This document shows, in pieces, positions 9,933 to 19,634 of a stretch of DNA of 64,000 bases. The notes under the pieces were generated by a model. That model worked only from the letters and a program-made list of their open reading frames with translations, did no database searches and was not told the DNA's origin. A program made the translations under genes and the position numbers. The first letter of the stretch is position 1; every line of letters starts with the position of its first letter. The DNA comes from an uncultured Gemmatimonadales bacterium (lineage in GTDB: Bacteria > Gemmatimonadota > Gemmatimonadetes > Gemmatimonadales > Gemmatimonadaceae): positions 4,448,001-4,512,000 of the forward strand of contig OY969695.1 of the NCBI GenBank assembly GCA_963701965.1, given 5' to 3'.

Positions 9933-12900
9933 TCAGAGCCCCAGGTCGACGCCGAAGAAGATGCTTCTCGAGGGTGGATACGGGGTCACGTCCTGACCGC
10001 GTCCGACCGCGAGCGTTCCAAAGTTCGAGACTTCCGGATCGAGGCCCGTGTAGGGATAGCTCCAGAAGAGATTGCGCCCCGACACGTCGATCCGCATGGT
10101 GCGCACTCGGCCCTGTCCGACGGCCCTGACCCAGCGATCCGGCACGTCAAAGCTCACGCGTATCTCGCGCAATTTGACGAACCGCGCCGACTCGACGTAC
10201 GGCGTGAGATTGTGCTTGGTCGCCTCGAGACGAGCGGCCGACGCGGCGGAATCCGCGAGCAGGAACAGCGGGCCGTCAAAGTACGCGTTCGTGAGGTTCG
10301 CGACGGTGCCGCCGACATACCAGTCGAGGACGCCGTTCACGTGGAACCGCCCAAACGAGATCTGCTCGTTGAAGCTCATGACATCGGCCGGCGTGGCGTC
10401 ACCGACTTGTACGTTCAGGCTGTCCTTGCCGACGAGCTTCGTGTTGACGATTTGCGAAATCGACCGGCCGACCGCAATGATGTTCGTGCCGAACGAGCCA
10501 CCGAACTGGTTCGCCGTGTTGAACGGCGTGTTGTTATTGGGCAGCGCATCGACGCGGCTGTAGTTCCGGTAGAACGTCGCATTCGAGATCCAGGTCAGGC
10601 CCTTCGGGTTCGCGATCGGCGAGAACTGGAGCGAGAGCTCGAATGCCTTGATTGTGGAACCGACCACCGTTCACGATGTCCTGCGAGATACCCGAGGAGG
10701 CGGCTGGACGTTCGAACAACACGAGGTCCGAGACCTGTTTGTTGTACACCGTTCCAGAGAACTGGGCCCGCGAATGGAACATCGTAATGTCGAGTCCCGC
10801 CTCGGTTTCAGCGCTCTGCTCGGGCCTGAGATTCGGATCGTTCAAGTTGATCGTCCCGGTGAGCAAGTTCAGTCCGCAAACCAGCGCGTGGGACTGATAG
10901 AGCGTCGGCTGGCAGCTCGCGTCGTTCGGGTAGTTGAACCCGTACGTCGGCGCCGTGCCGGACCGCCCGTAGGCCGAGCGCAGCTTGAACTCATCGATGA
11001 ACTTCGCGAACGTCGGCAGGATCAGGGAGCCGGCGAACTTCGGATAGAGATAGTAGCGCGAGAAGCCGCCGTTGTTCGAGTTGCGATCCGCGGTCACGCC
11101 GGCTGTCAGGGACAGTCGGTTCGAGAGCGTGAGGACCTGCTCTTGCGCGTACAGCGACATCGTCTTCACATCGGTCTTGACTTCGGACGAGCTCTGAACG
11201 ATGGCAGCGGTCGGCGTGACGATCCCCGTCGGCAAGTCCTGGCCGACGAGGTTCGGGTTGTCGAGCGTGCGCCGATCCTGCGATTCACCGATCGATGTCG
11301 TCGCGTCGAGGAACGACAGCCCGGTGAAATGGTGCACCAGGTTCACCGAGTAGTTGTAATACGTGTTGTTCGATGTGTTGACGTTCGACGTGCCGGGCAG
11401 CGACACCTTTGACTCGATCTCCAAGGTCGGCGGCGCGAAGTTGAGGTCGCGCTCGTCGGCAACATCGACACCGGCGATCAGGGAGACTTTGAGATCGTTC
11501 GCGCCGTTGTGGAACAGCTGGTACGACAGCGTCCCGCCACCAATGAAGCGATTGACGTTGGCCGGCGTCTGCATCTCCGCCGCATCGGCGAATGGGTTCG
11601 CGAAAGCGAACGGGTTGTTGACCCACTGGCCGCCCTGCATGGCATTCATGTTGAAGAACTGTGGCGTGACCGAGAAGACGTTGTACGGGCTCACGCCGAC
11701 GTTGTCGTTCCCGGTGATCCCGCGGGTCGTGACCGAGTGCTGGTAGTAGAGATTCGTCGAAACGGTCAGCGCCGGCGAGAACGTCTGCGTCAGGTTGGTC
11801 CGGATCGCCTGCTTGTTGTATCCGGTGCCTTGCATGATGCCATTGTCGTATTGATCGTGCAGGGACGCGAAGTAGTTGGTGTTGTTCGTCGCGCCGCGCA
11901 CGGAGAGGTTACCCTGGCCGGACAGCTGGCCGCCTCCGAAGAGCTGGTTCTGAAAGTTCTGATTGCCGCCGTACATGCTGCGCGGCAAATCGGTCGAGCT
12001 GCCGAAGTCGTTCTTGTACCAAGCATTCGCGCTGGCGTACGTCGGGAATTGCCGCATATCCAGAGTTTTGGCGGCAAAGGAGGTACCCGCCTGACCGGAG
12101 AGATCCCATTGCGGCGCGCCGATCGTGCCTTTCTTCGTCGTGATCACGACCACGCCCGAAGCCGCTTTGCCACCGTAGATCGCGGCCGCCGATGCGCCTT
12201 TCAGCACCTCGATCGACTCGACGTCATTCGGGTTCAAGTCGGCGATGCGGTTCGGGCTGTTGTCCTGGTTCGATTGCATGACCCCGGCGCTCGCCGCGGT
12301 GATCGCGTTCGCGCCGCTGTTGATCGTCTCGTTGTTCACGATCACGCCGTCGACGACGTACAGTGGCTCAGCGATCGAGTTGATCGAGGTGATGCCGCGG
12401 ATCTGGACCTGCATGCCGCCGCCTGGCGCGCCGCCGTTATTCTGCTGAATCACGGCGCCCGCGATCTTGCCCTGCAGGGCGTTCTCGATCGTCGGCGCCG
12501 GGACGCTCGAGATCTGATCCGCGTTGAGCACCGCGACGTCGTTCGCCGAGTTCCTCGACGAGATCGTCGTGGCCACGCCAGTGATGACTTCGGCGTCGAG
12601 CTTGAGGACGTCGCGGTTGAGCGAGATCGTCACATTATTCTGATCGGCCGCGACCGCGACAGTCGTGCCCGTGTAGCCGATCCGTCGGACCGTCAGGGTG
12701 AGCGGCCCATCCGGGGCGCGCAGCGTGAAGGTGCCGCTGTCCGAGGTGGCTGCCCCGTACGTACTGTTGGCGATGCGTACCGTCGCCGCGGGAATCGGCG
12801 CCTTGCTGTCAGCTTCGAGAACGTGCCCCGTGATGCGCCGCAACGTGCCTTGGCTCTCGGCTCGGCCCCACGCCACGCCCGAGCACAGCGCCGCGAGGCC

Positions 12901-12948
12901 GAGCGTGACCATGGCTCGCCGCACGCCTCCGACATCGAGTATCGTCAT
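9933..12948 (-). CDS. SusC/RagA family TonB-dependent receptor; apparent 1-nt insertion at ~10642
   Basis: Carboxypeptidase-regulatory-like N-domain, plug 'PLYVVDGV..IADLNPNDVESIEVLKGASAAAIYG', 'LRPEQSAETEAGLD', C-terminus 'YPPSRSIFFGVDLGL'; frames join at NQGI/ELSL. Confidence 0.88.
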
Positions 12949-13190
12949 GCAACTACCCCCTGGAAATGGGAATGGACGGTCAAACTGGGCGAATACTGGG
13001 ATCGGTGGTCACAGCGGCAAGATCCAATTTCACACATGGGGAACAGACCATTAACACTTCGGCCACGGATTCAGAATGATTGCAAAACGATAGGAGAATG
13101 GCTGCTACCCGCCGCCTTGTCGACGCGGAGACGCTAAACCTTGAACTGCCCGAAGGGGTGTTGGCGGTGGTGGCCATAGGCCAAAAGGTT

Positions 13191-13214
13191 GGCCCGTTTC
13201 TCGGCCCGTTTCTC
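13191..13214 (+). repeat. Tandem 12-bp repeat, candidate integrase arm-type site (right)
   Basis: GGCCCGTTTCTC x2, about 100 bp inside attR. Confidence 0.65.
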
Positions 13215-13312
13215 CCGGCAAACTCCGTCATCCAAGACTGGGAACCACGGCGCCGATGCCCGGTGTCCGTCTGAACGCCGTCAAGTTGCCGGACTTTCGC
13301 TACCCCTCAGCT

Positions 13313-13358
13313 TGGTTTGCAACCAGGGGGTCAGGGGTTCGAGCCCCCTCCGCTCCAT
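13313..13358 (+). repeat. attR core (duplicated 3' 46 bp of tRNA-Ala)
   Basis: Identical to 8053-8098; no tRNA 5' half upstream. Confidence 0.95.
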
Positions 13359-13925
13359 CACAAATAGGTGAGCCACCAGTCATGCCGGTGTTGCTTGAGT
13401 CTCGCAAACCACAGGCATGCCGGGTAGAGCATCAGCAGGACCGCGACCCAGACCGCGTATACGGCCCAGAGCGGATACCCGTAGCCCGCCGGAAAAAGCG
13501 CGCTCGGACTTCCCATGGATGGGGGCGCGATCAGCAGGAATGACTGGGCGCCGTAGCGCGCGAGGTTCATCCCCCATCGCGATGACGTGCGCCAAGGCCA
13601 TGTGGGCCACGTAAAAGAAGAACGGCACCCGCCCGAAAACCATCAGCGGATTGGTGAAGGAGAAGCGCAATCGGTCGAGCCACGCCAGCGCGAGCATCGC
13701 CGGACCGAGCGTCATCAACAGAAAGTCCAGTGACGGCGGATACTTGGTGACATTGAGAAACGACAGCGCCGTGAAGACTGGCGATGGTTGGTGGCTCCAC
13801 GGATCAGGATCGCCGTAGGCGTTGACGGCGCGGAGCACCACGAATGCCGCGACCAGCGTCAGCCCCAGACGGGTCAGAAAGCGGCGGCGGCGATCCGCAT
13901 CCCAATCGAACACGGTGCCGCCCGA
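13358..13925 (-). pseudogene. 5'-truncated DUF1624 (HGSNAT-like) membrane protein fragment, with an extra G in a homopolymer at ~13573
   Basis: 'YGDPDPWS', 'SFLNVTKYPPSLDFLLMTLGP', 'FGRVPFFFY', '[23 protein letters not shown]' align with the C-half of 26447-27655; N-half absent. Confidence 0.8.
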
Positions 13926-13944
13926 GGCGGGTAGGTCCAGCGGC

Positions 13945-15843
13945 TTAGTGTGAACCGCTCGTGGCGCGGGAGAGCGCGTAGGCCGAGTTGATCAACGCCA
14001 CGTGCGTGAACGCCTGCGGAAAATTGCCCAGCATCTCGCCCGACCGCGTGTCGTACTGCTCCGCATAGAGCCCAAGATCGTTGCCGGTCGCGAGCAGGCG
14101 CTCGAACAGCCGCGTGGCGTCGGCCACCCGGCCCTGCCGCACCAAGACGTCGACGAGCCAGAAGCTGCACATGAGGAACACACCCTCAGGTCCGCCGACC
14201 CCGTCGTCGGTGCACTGCGTGCGGTAGCGACGCACGAAGCCATCGACCGTCAGGTCTTGCTCGATCGCCGCGACGGTGGCCAGCATGATCGGGTCGTTGG
14301 CGTCGACGAAGCCGACGAGCGGCAGCATGAGGAGACTGGCATCGAGCTCCGTCGAGTCGAACGTCTGCACGAAGCAGCGACGCGCCGGATCGATCCCCCG
14401 CGCGTAGATCGCTTCGTGAATCGCGTCCCGCGCCGCCGTCCACCGCGCGATGGACCCGTGATGCCCCAACTCCTCCGCCAGCCGGATCCCCCGGTCGAGG
14501 GCGGACCAACACATCACCTTGGAGTACACGAAGTGCTGCGGCTCGCCGCGCACTTCCCACACGCCGCGGTCGGTTTCGCCCCAGGCCGAGGCGGCGGTAT
14601 CGATCAGACTCCGAAGAAAGTGCCAGGTATCGGGGCCGATAGGATCACCCGCGCGATGCGAGAACCAGAACGCCGCGACGAACTCCCCGAAGACGTCGAG
14701 CTGTCGCTGCTGGGCGGCGCCATTGCCGACGCGGACCGGCGCCGAGCCCCGATACCCGGGCAGATGTCCGAGCTCCATCTCCGGTACCCGGCGTTCGCCG
14801 TAGCAGCCGTAGAGCACCTGCATGTCGTCGGCGCTGCCCGCCGCCGCCCGCGCCAGAAACCGCCGGAAGCCGGCGGCTACCTCGTCATGCCCCGTCTCGT
14901 ACAGCGCGACGAGCGTGAACGCGGCATCTCGCACCCAACAGTACCGATAGTCCCAGTTGCGCTGCCCGCCGATGCCCTCTGGCAACGATGTCGTCGGCGC
15001 CGCCACGATCGCGCCGGTTGGCGCGGTGGTCAGCGCCTTGAGGACGAGGGCCGAGCGCTCGATGGCGGCGGCGTAAGGGCCCGTGTCCGGGGTGCCCTTG
15101 GCGACCCAGGCGCGCCACCAGGCGACCGTGTCGTCAAGGCGCCGGGACACATCCTCGACACTCGTGCTCCGCAGGTCGATATCGTGCGCCGGCCGCCACA
15201 CCGCGGAGACGAAATGCCGATCACCGGACGCGATGCGCGTCGTCCCGGTCAACGCGAACGCCTTGCGATCGACTTCCAGGGGCAGATCGGTGGAGATGAG
15301 GAGCGCCTCGTCCCCTCCAACGGCGCTGAAAAATGGCTGATGATCCCGGTCCGCCTGCTCGTCCTCCGCGCGATGCTGGGACTCTCCCACCAGACTCCCG
15401 TCCCGGGTGTGCCGGTGCAACCAGGGGCGCAGCGTGCCGTAGTCGAAACGCGGCGCCAGCACGACGTCCAGGTCGACGGTGCCGCGCACGCCGTCGATGA
15501 CTCTCATGAGCTGCCGCAACGGCCGCAGCCGCCCGCCGGCCCGCATGGCGAGCGCATCCGTAACCCGGACGACCCCGTCCGCTGTCTCGAACTCGGTCTG
15601 GAGCACCATCGTGCCCGCCAGGTACGTTCGGCGCGTGGTGAACGACCCGCTCGGCGTGATGGAGAAGAATCCCCCGCGCTCCGCATCGAGAATCCGATTG
15701 AAGATCGATCCCGCGTCGAACCGCCGCGGGCAGGCCCAATCGATCGACCCGGCCCGACTGACGAGCGCGGCGCCGTGGCAATCCCCAATGAACGCGTAGT
15801 CGCCGATCGGCGGATACTCCCACATAGGGCCGACGGGTTGCAC
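13945..15843 (-). CDS. Glycoside hydrolase family 15 (trehalase/glucoamylase-like)
   Basis: 'IGDYAFIGDC', 'AAPTTSLPE..GG.RNWDYRYCWVRDA', 'GVWEVRG', 'GLYAEQYD..LGNFPQAFTH'; start could be ATG 15825. Confidence 0.92.
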   Translation of the reverse strand: MQPVGPMWEYPPIGDYAFIGDCHGAALVSRAGSIDWACPRRFDAGSIFNRILDAERGGFFSITPSGSFTTRRTYLAGTMVLQTEFETADGVVRVTDALAMRAGGRLRPLRQLMRVIDGVRGTVDLDVVLAPRFDYGTLRPWLHRHTRDGSLVGESQHRAEDEQADRDHQPFFSAVGGDEALLISTDLPLEVDRKAFALTGTTRIASGDRHFVSAVWRPAHDIDLRSTSVEDVSRRLDDTVAWWRAWVAKGTPDTGPYAAAIERSALVLKALTTAPTGAIVAAPTTSLPEGIGGQRNWDYRYCWVRDAAFTLVALYETGHDEVAAGFRRFLARAAAGSADDMQVLYGCYGERRVPEMELGHLPGYRGSAPVRVGNGAAQQRQLDVFGEFVAAFWFSHRAGDPIGPDTWHFLRSLIDTAASAWGETDRGVWEVRGEPQHFVYSKVMCWSALDRGIRLAEELGHHGSIARWTAARDAIHEAIYARGIDPARRCFVQTFDSTELDASLLMLPLVGFVDANDPIMLATVAAIEQDLTVDGFVRRYRTQCTDDGVGGPEGVFLMCSFWLVDVLVRQGRVADATRLFERLLATGNDLGLYAEQYDTRSGEMLGNFPQAFTHVALINSAYALSRATSGSH

Positions 15844-15968
15844 AACTCACGCCGCTGGGCGTCGTGATGGTGCGATTCAGGGCTGCGCGCCGAGTTCCCG
15901 CCAACTTGCGGGCCCAATCAACGGGGCCCACATTGCGGCACACTTTCGCCATGATGGGGTCGCAGACG

Positions 15969-16211
15969 ATGTCCGAAGAGGAGTTGAGAGCAGAGCTCGA
16001 ACGCTTGCGTGCCGAAAACGCGTCGCTACAGCGACGCGGCGCAGCCGGCGTGTCCCTCAAGGTCAGTGAGAAGGGCGGCGTGTCAGTCTATGGCCTTGGC
16101 CGCTTTCCGATCACGCTGTATAAGGAACAGTGGGTCCGATTGCTGGACATGGCGGACGAGATCCGGTCCTTCATTACCGAGCACCAAGCGCGACTCAAGA
16201 GCAAGGGATAA
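15969..16211 (+). CDS. Small conserved hypothetical protein (N-terminal coiled coil + 'KVSEKGGVSVYGLGRFPITLY' domain)
   Basis: 80-aa ORF with heptad-like N-terminus and a compact beta/helix C-terminus. Confidence 0.75.
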   Translation: MSEEELRAELERLRAENASLQRRGAAGVSLKVSEKGGVSVYGLGRFPITLYKEQWVRLLDMADEIRSFITEHQARLKSKG

Positions 16212-16225
16212 CCCCCTTCGCCAGC

Positions 16226-16750
16226 TCAGGACTGCCGCGCCGTGGGTGGGAGCACGCCGTTCAGCCGCAGGTAGATCGCCATCTGGCTGTAATGGTCGGC
16301 CCAGTCCTCCGTCCTCTCCGACATGAGCGCGGCCCGCGTCCACTGAACCCCAAAAGCTGATGCCGGTCCGCTCAGCTTCGAATCATCGAGATGGGCGGCC
16401 ACTTGTTGGCAGAGCGCGAAGCTCTCGCGGAGGCGGGCAATGAGCTTGGCCTTGTCATCCGTCGGCGCGAGGGTGGCGCGCTTTGGCGCTTGGACGCCCC
16501 CGATCGGCGCGCACGCCTCGTCGTTATCGCCAGCGACGTGTAACACCACCTCGCCAAACGTCATCTGCGCGGGGGTGGGTTTGAAGGCGTACTTCTCCGC
16601 CGGCATTGCCTCGGCCGAGGCCACCACGTTCTTCTCCAGGCGGCCGAGGGTGCGACGGAAGGCGTCGGACACGGGCGCCGACGACTGGGCACTGGCGAGA
16701 GCTGGCAAAGTCACACTGGCGAGAAAGACGACACTACTGACGATGCGCAT
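16226..16750 (-). CDS. Secreted DinB/YfiT-family protein
   Basis: Signal peptide ending ASA-Q; 'AEAMPAEKYAFKPTP..MTFGEVVLH', 'DHYSQMAIYLRLNGVLPP'. Confidence 0.82.
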   Translation of the reverse strand: MRIVSSVVFLASVTLPALASAQSSAPVSDAFRRTLGRLEKNVVASAEAMPAEKYAFKPTPAQMTFGEVVLHVAGDNDEACAPIGGVQAPKRATLAPTDDKAKLIARLRESFALCQQVAAHLDDSKLSGPASAFGVQWTRAALMSERTEDWADHYSQMAIYLRLNGVLPPTARQS

Positions 16751-16844
16751 GGAGTTGCTCGCGTTGGGATGGAAGACAATTTGCACCGGGAAACCCGGCG
16801 TGTCTATTCTGAAACCGGGCGCGGCCCATTGCGTAGGACGAGCC

Positions 16845-18743
16845 ATGCCTCTGATACGATCGCTCTGCCTCCTGCTGTGCCTTGCCGCCACAGCCCACGC
16901 CCAGGACTCCGATTCGGCGTTCGTGCGCGCCCAGTATACGAAGTTCGAGTACCAGATCCCCATGCGCGACGGCGTGAACCTGTTCACCATTGTGTACGTC
17001 CCCAAGGACGCGTCCGACGGGAACCGCTACCCGATCCTATTGCAGCGGACGCCGTATAGCGTAGCGCCGTATGGACCCGACAAGTACCGGAATTTCGTGT
17101 CCCCGAACCCGTTCCTGATGCGGGACAAGTACATCGTCGCCTACCAGGACATGCGCGGCCGGTATATGTCGGAGGGGAAGTTCGAGATGGTCCGTCCACT
17201 CCTGGCCGATTCGGTCAAGGCGCGGAATCCCAAGGCGACGGACGAGGCGTCCGACACGTATGACACGATCGCCTGGCTCCTGGCCCATATTCCCAGCAAC
17301 AACGGGCGCGTCGGCCAGTGGGGCATCAGCTTCCCCGGCGGCCTCGCGTCCATGGGCGCGGTCTCGCGGCACCCGGCGTTGGTCGCCTCGTCGCCGCAGG
17401 CCCCGGTGACCGATAGTTATTTCGAGGATTTTCACCACAACGGCGCCCTGACTCAAGGGTACTTCTACGCCTACCCGATCTTCGGCGTCGATCGGCCCGG
17501 CCCGACATCGGAAGACTGGTGGCTGCCGCACATGGTGCAGGACGGCCTGCCGGACGACTACGCGTTTCAGCTCGCGCTCGGACCGCTCAAGACCACCACG
17601 GCGAAGTACTACCCAAACGACCGGCTGTGGCGCGATGTGATCATCGCGCATCCGAACTACGACACCTACTGGCAATCGCGCGCCGTGCCGCCGCGGTTGA
17701 CGGGCATTCACCACGCGGTGATGGTGGTGGGGGGTTGGTTCGACGCCGAAAATCTCTACGGTGCGCTCAAGACGTATAAGACGATCAAGGCGCAGGATCC
17801 CGACGCCAAAGTCTCGATCGTCATGGGCCCATTTCGCCACGGCGGGTGGGAGGCGCACCACGTCGTGCACACCGTGCATGGCGACATCTACTTCGGCGAT
17901 TCGCTGGAGACCAAGTTCCAGCGGGACGTGGAGGCGCCGTTCTTCCACGCCAATCTCAAAGGCGACGGAAAGACCGACCTCCCCGAAGCCCTGATGTTCG
18001 ACACGGGCCGCAAGAACTGGCGCAGCTTCTCGCGCTGGCCCGCGCCGGACGCGACCGCCCGCCGGTACTATTTCCAGACCGATGGCGCGCTCACGTCGCG
18101 CGCGCCGACGGCGGCCCACGCCCGCCTCTCGTACGTCAGCGATCCGGCCAAGCCGGTGCCCAGCCGGTGCATCGTGCCGACTATCGAGGAATTCACGATG
18201 TACCAGTACATGAGCGACGACCAGCGCTGCGATCGCTCGCGCGAAGACGTCCTGACGTTCGAGACCGGGCCGTTGACCCAGGATGTGACGCTCGGCGGCG
18301 AGATTTGGGCGCGGCTGCAGGTCAGCACGACCGGCACCGACGCCGACTACGTCGTGAAGCTGATCGACGTCTATCCGCCCAATGAGCCCGACAGCCCCTA
18401 CGAGCCGAACAGCAATATCCACTACGGCGGCTACGAGCAGCTCGTCCGCGGCGAGATCATGCGGGCCCGCTACCGGAAGTCTTTTGTCACGCCTGAGCCC
18501 ATGAAGCCGGGCGAGATCACGCCCGTCTCGTTCCGCCTGCAGGACGTGCTGCACACCTTCCGCGCCGGGCACCGCATCATGGTCCAGGTGCAGAGCAGCT
18601 GGTTCCCGGCGTTCGACCGGAACCCGCAGCACTACGTCCCGAGCATCTACCAAGCCGGCGCATCGGACTTCGTGAAAGCCACCCAGTCCCTGTGGATGGA
18701 TCGTCAGGAGCCGAGTTATCTCGAGGTGCAGGTCGTGCCGTAG
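16845..18743 (+). CDS. CocE/NonD family hydrolase (peptidase S15 / alpha-amino acid ester hydrolase-like)
   Basis: Signal peptide; 'IPMRDGV', 'RTPYS', 'QDMRGRYMSEG', nucleophile GISFPG, 'GGWFDAE', 'HRIMVQVQSSWFP'. Confidence 0.92.
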   Translation: MPLIRSLCLLLCLAATAHAQDSDSAFVRAQYTKFEYQIPMRDGVNLFTIVYVPKDASDGNRYPILLQRTPYSVAPYGPDKYRNFVSPNPFLMRDKYIVAYQDMRGRYMSEGKFEMVRPLLADSVKARNPKATDEASDTYDTIAWLLAHIPSNNGRVGQWGISFPGGLASMGAVSRHPALVASSPQAPVTDSYFEDFHHNGALTQGYFYAYPIFGVDRPGPTSEDWWLPHMVQDGLPDDYAFQLALGPLKTTTAKYYPNDRLWRDVIIAHPNYDTYWQSRAVPPRLTGIHHAVMVVGGWFDAENLYGALKTYKTIKAQDPDAKVSIVMGPFRHGGWEAHHVVHTVHGDIYFGDSLETKFQRDVEAPFFHANLKGDGKTDLPEALMFDTGRKNWRSFSRWPAPDATARRYYFQTDGALTSRAPTAAHARLSYVSDPAKPVPSRCIVPTIEEFTMYQYMSDDQRCDRSREDVLTFETGPLTQDVTLGGEIWARLQVSTTGTDADYVVKLIDVYPPNEPDSPYEPNSNIHYGGYEQLVRGEIMRARYRKSFVTPEPMKPGEITPVSFRLQDVLHTFRAGHRIMVQVQSSWFPAFDRNPQHYVPSIYQAGASDFVKATQSLWMDRQEPSYLEVQVVP

Positions 18744-18821
18744 AAAGAGCGTATTGGTTTGCTGCAAACGGGCCGACTTGGTGTTAATCGCAACCGTACC
18801 CGCTCGGTAGATTCGGCGCTT

Positions 18822-19619
18822 ATGCGACGAGCCCTTATAGCGATGCTCTGCGTGACCAGTGGCATCGCTCGAGCCCAGGGGCGTCCGTTCACGTTCACGG
18901 TGGCGTTCCCGGATGCCGCCGCGCAGCGAATCACGGCGCGCTACGACGCAGGGTACGGGGAAGGCACGTTCGAGCCCCTGGCGGGTGATCGTGTCGAGCA
19001 GGATCTGGAGCTCGACGTGCCGATCGCGAATCGGGTGCTCATCCTGGCGAGCACCGGGCTCGCGCTCAACGGTCCGAGCGCTACCCGCGGCCTTGGTCAA
19101 GTGGAAGCGATGGTGGACGCGCTGCGGTTCTGGGGATGGCACCTCGCGGCGAGCGCCGGCGCCCGACGGGAGTTCGATGGCAGTACCATGGCGCTCAGTC
19201 GGGTCAGTCTCAGTCGATCGGCATCGACCTGGTCGTTCGCCGCGAATGCGATGGTCGGCAAGACGGTCGCTGGCGCCGACGAGGCCAAGCACGACGACGC
19301 CGATCTGTACGCGTCGCTCGGGGCCACGGCGCGCGTGGCGCCGTTCCTCGATCTCGGGGTCGAAACAGTCGCGTCGGACATCGAAGGCTTCTGGGACACG
19401 CACGAGGCGGAAGGCGGAGCGACCGTGTTCGCGGGGCCCCTCGTGTCATTGCGCCTGCCCGGCGGACTGGCCCGGCTGACGGTGAGTGGGGGACCGATTC
19501 TGCGCACGACCGGCAACGGCGTGCCGGCATACGTTGGTCTGTCCTCGGCCGAGGGCCTGGCGCCCACGGTGCGGCGGACCGGGTATCTGTTGCGCACGGC
19601 GGTGAGCCTCGCACTCTGA
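18822..19619 (+). CDS. Hypothetical secreted protein, possibly an outer-membrane beta-barrel
   Basis: Signal peptide (ARA-Q), alternating amphipathic strands, hydrophobic C-terminal strand. Confidence 0.6.
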   Translation: MRRALIAMLCVTSGIARAQGRPFTFTVAFPDAAAQRITARYDAGYGEGTFEPLAGDRVEQDLELDVPIANRVLILASTGLALNGPSATRGLGQVEAMVDALRFWGWHLAASAGARREFDGSTMALSRVSLSRSASTWSFAANAMVGKTVAGADEAKHDDADLYASLGATARVAPFLDLGVETVASDIEGFWDTHEAEGGATVFAGPLVSLRLPGGLARLTVSGGPILRTTGNGVPAYVGLSSAEGLAPTVRRTGYLLRTAVSLAL

Positions 19620-19634
19620 CGCGGGGACGTGCCG

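Larger units (their letters stand above)
8053..13358. mobile_element. Decayed integrative island in tRNA-Ala carrying susC/susD
   Basis: Identical 46-bp direct repeat of the tRNA 3' part at both ends; integrase remnant next to the tRNA; related 12-bp repeat pairs inside both ends; looks less GC-rich than the flanks (by eye). Confidence 0.88.

Noticed and set aside
12949..13190. Riboswitch (e.g. cobalamin) upstream of susC
   Set aside because: AT-richer leader, but no B12 box or other recognisable aptamer on either strand
13313..13358. Second tRNA-Ala gene
   Set aside because: Only the 3' 46 nt are present, with no 5' acceptor strand or D-arm; it is attR
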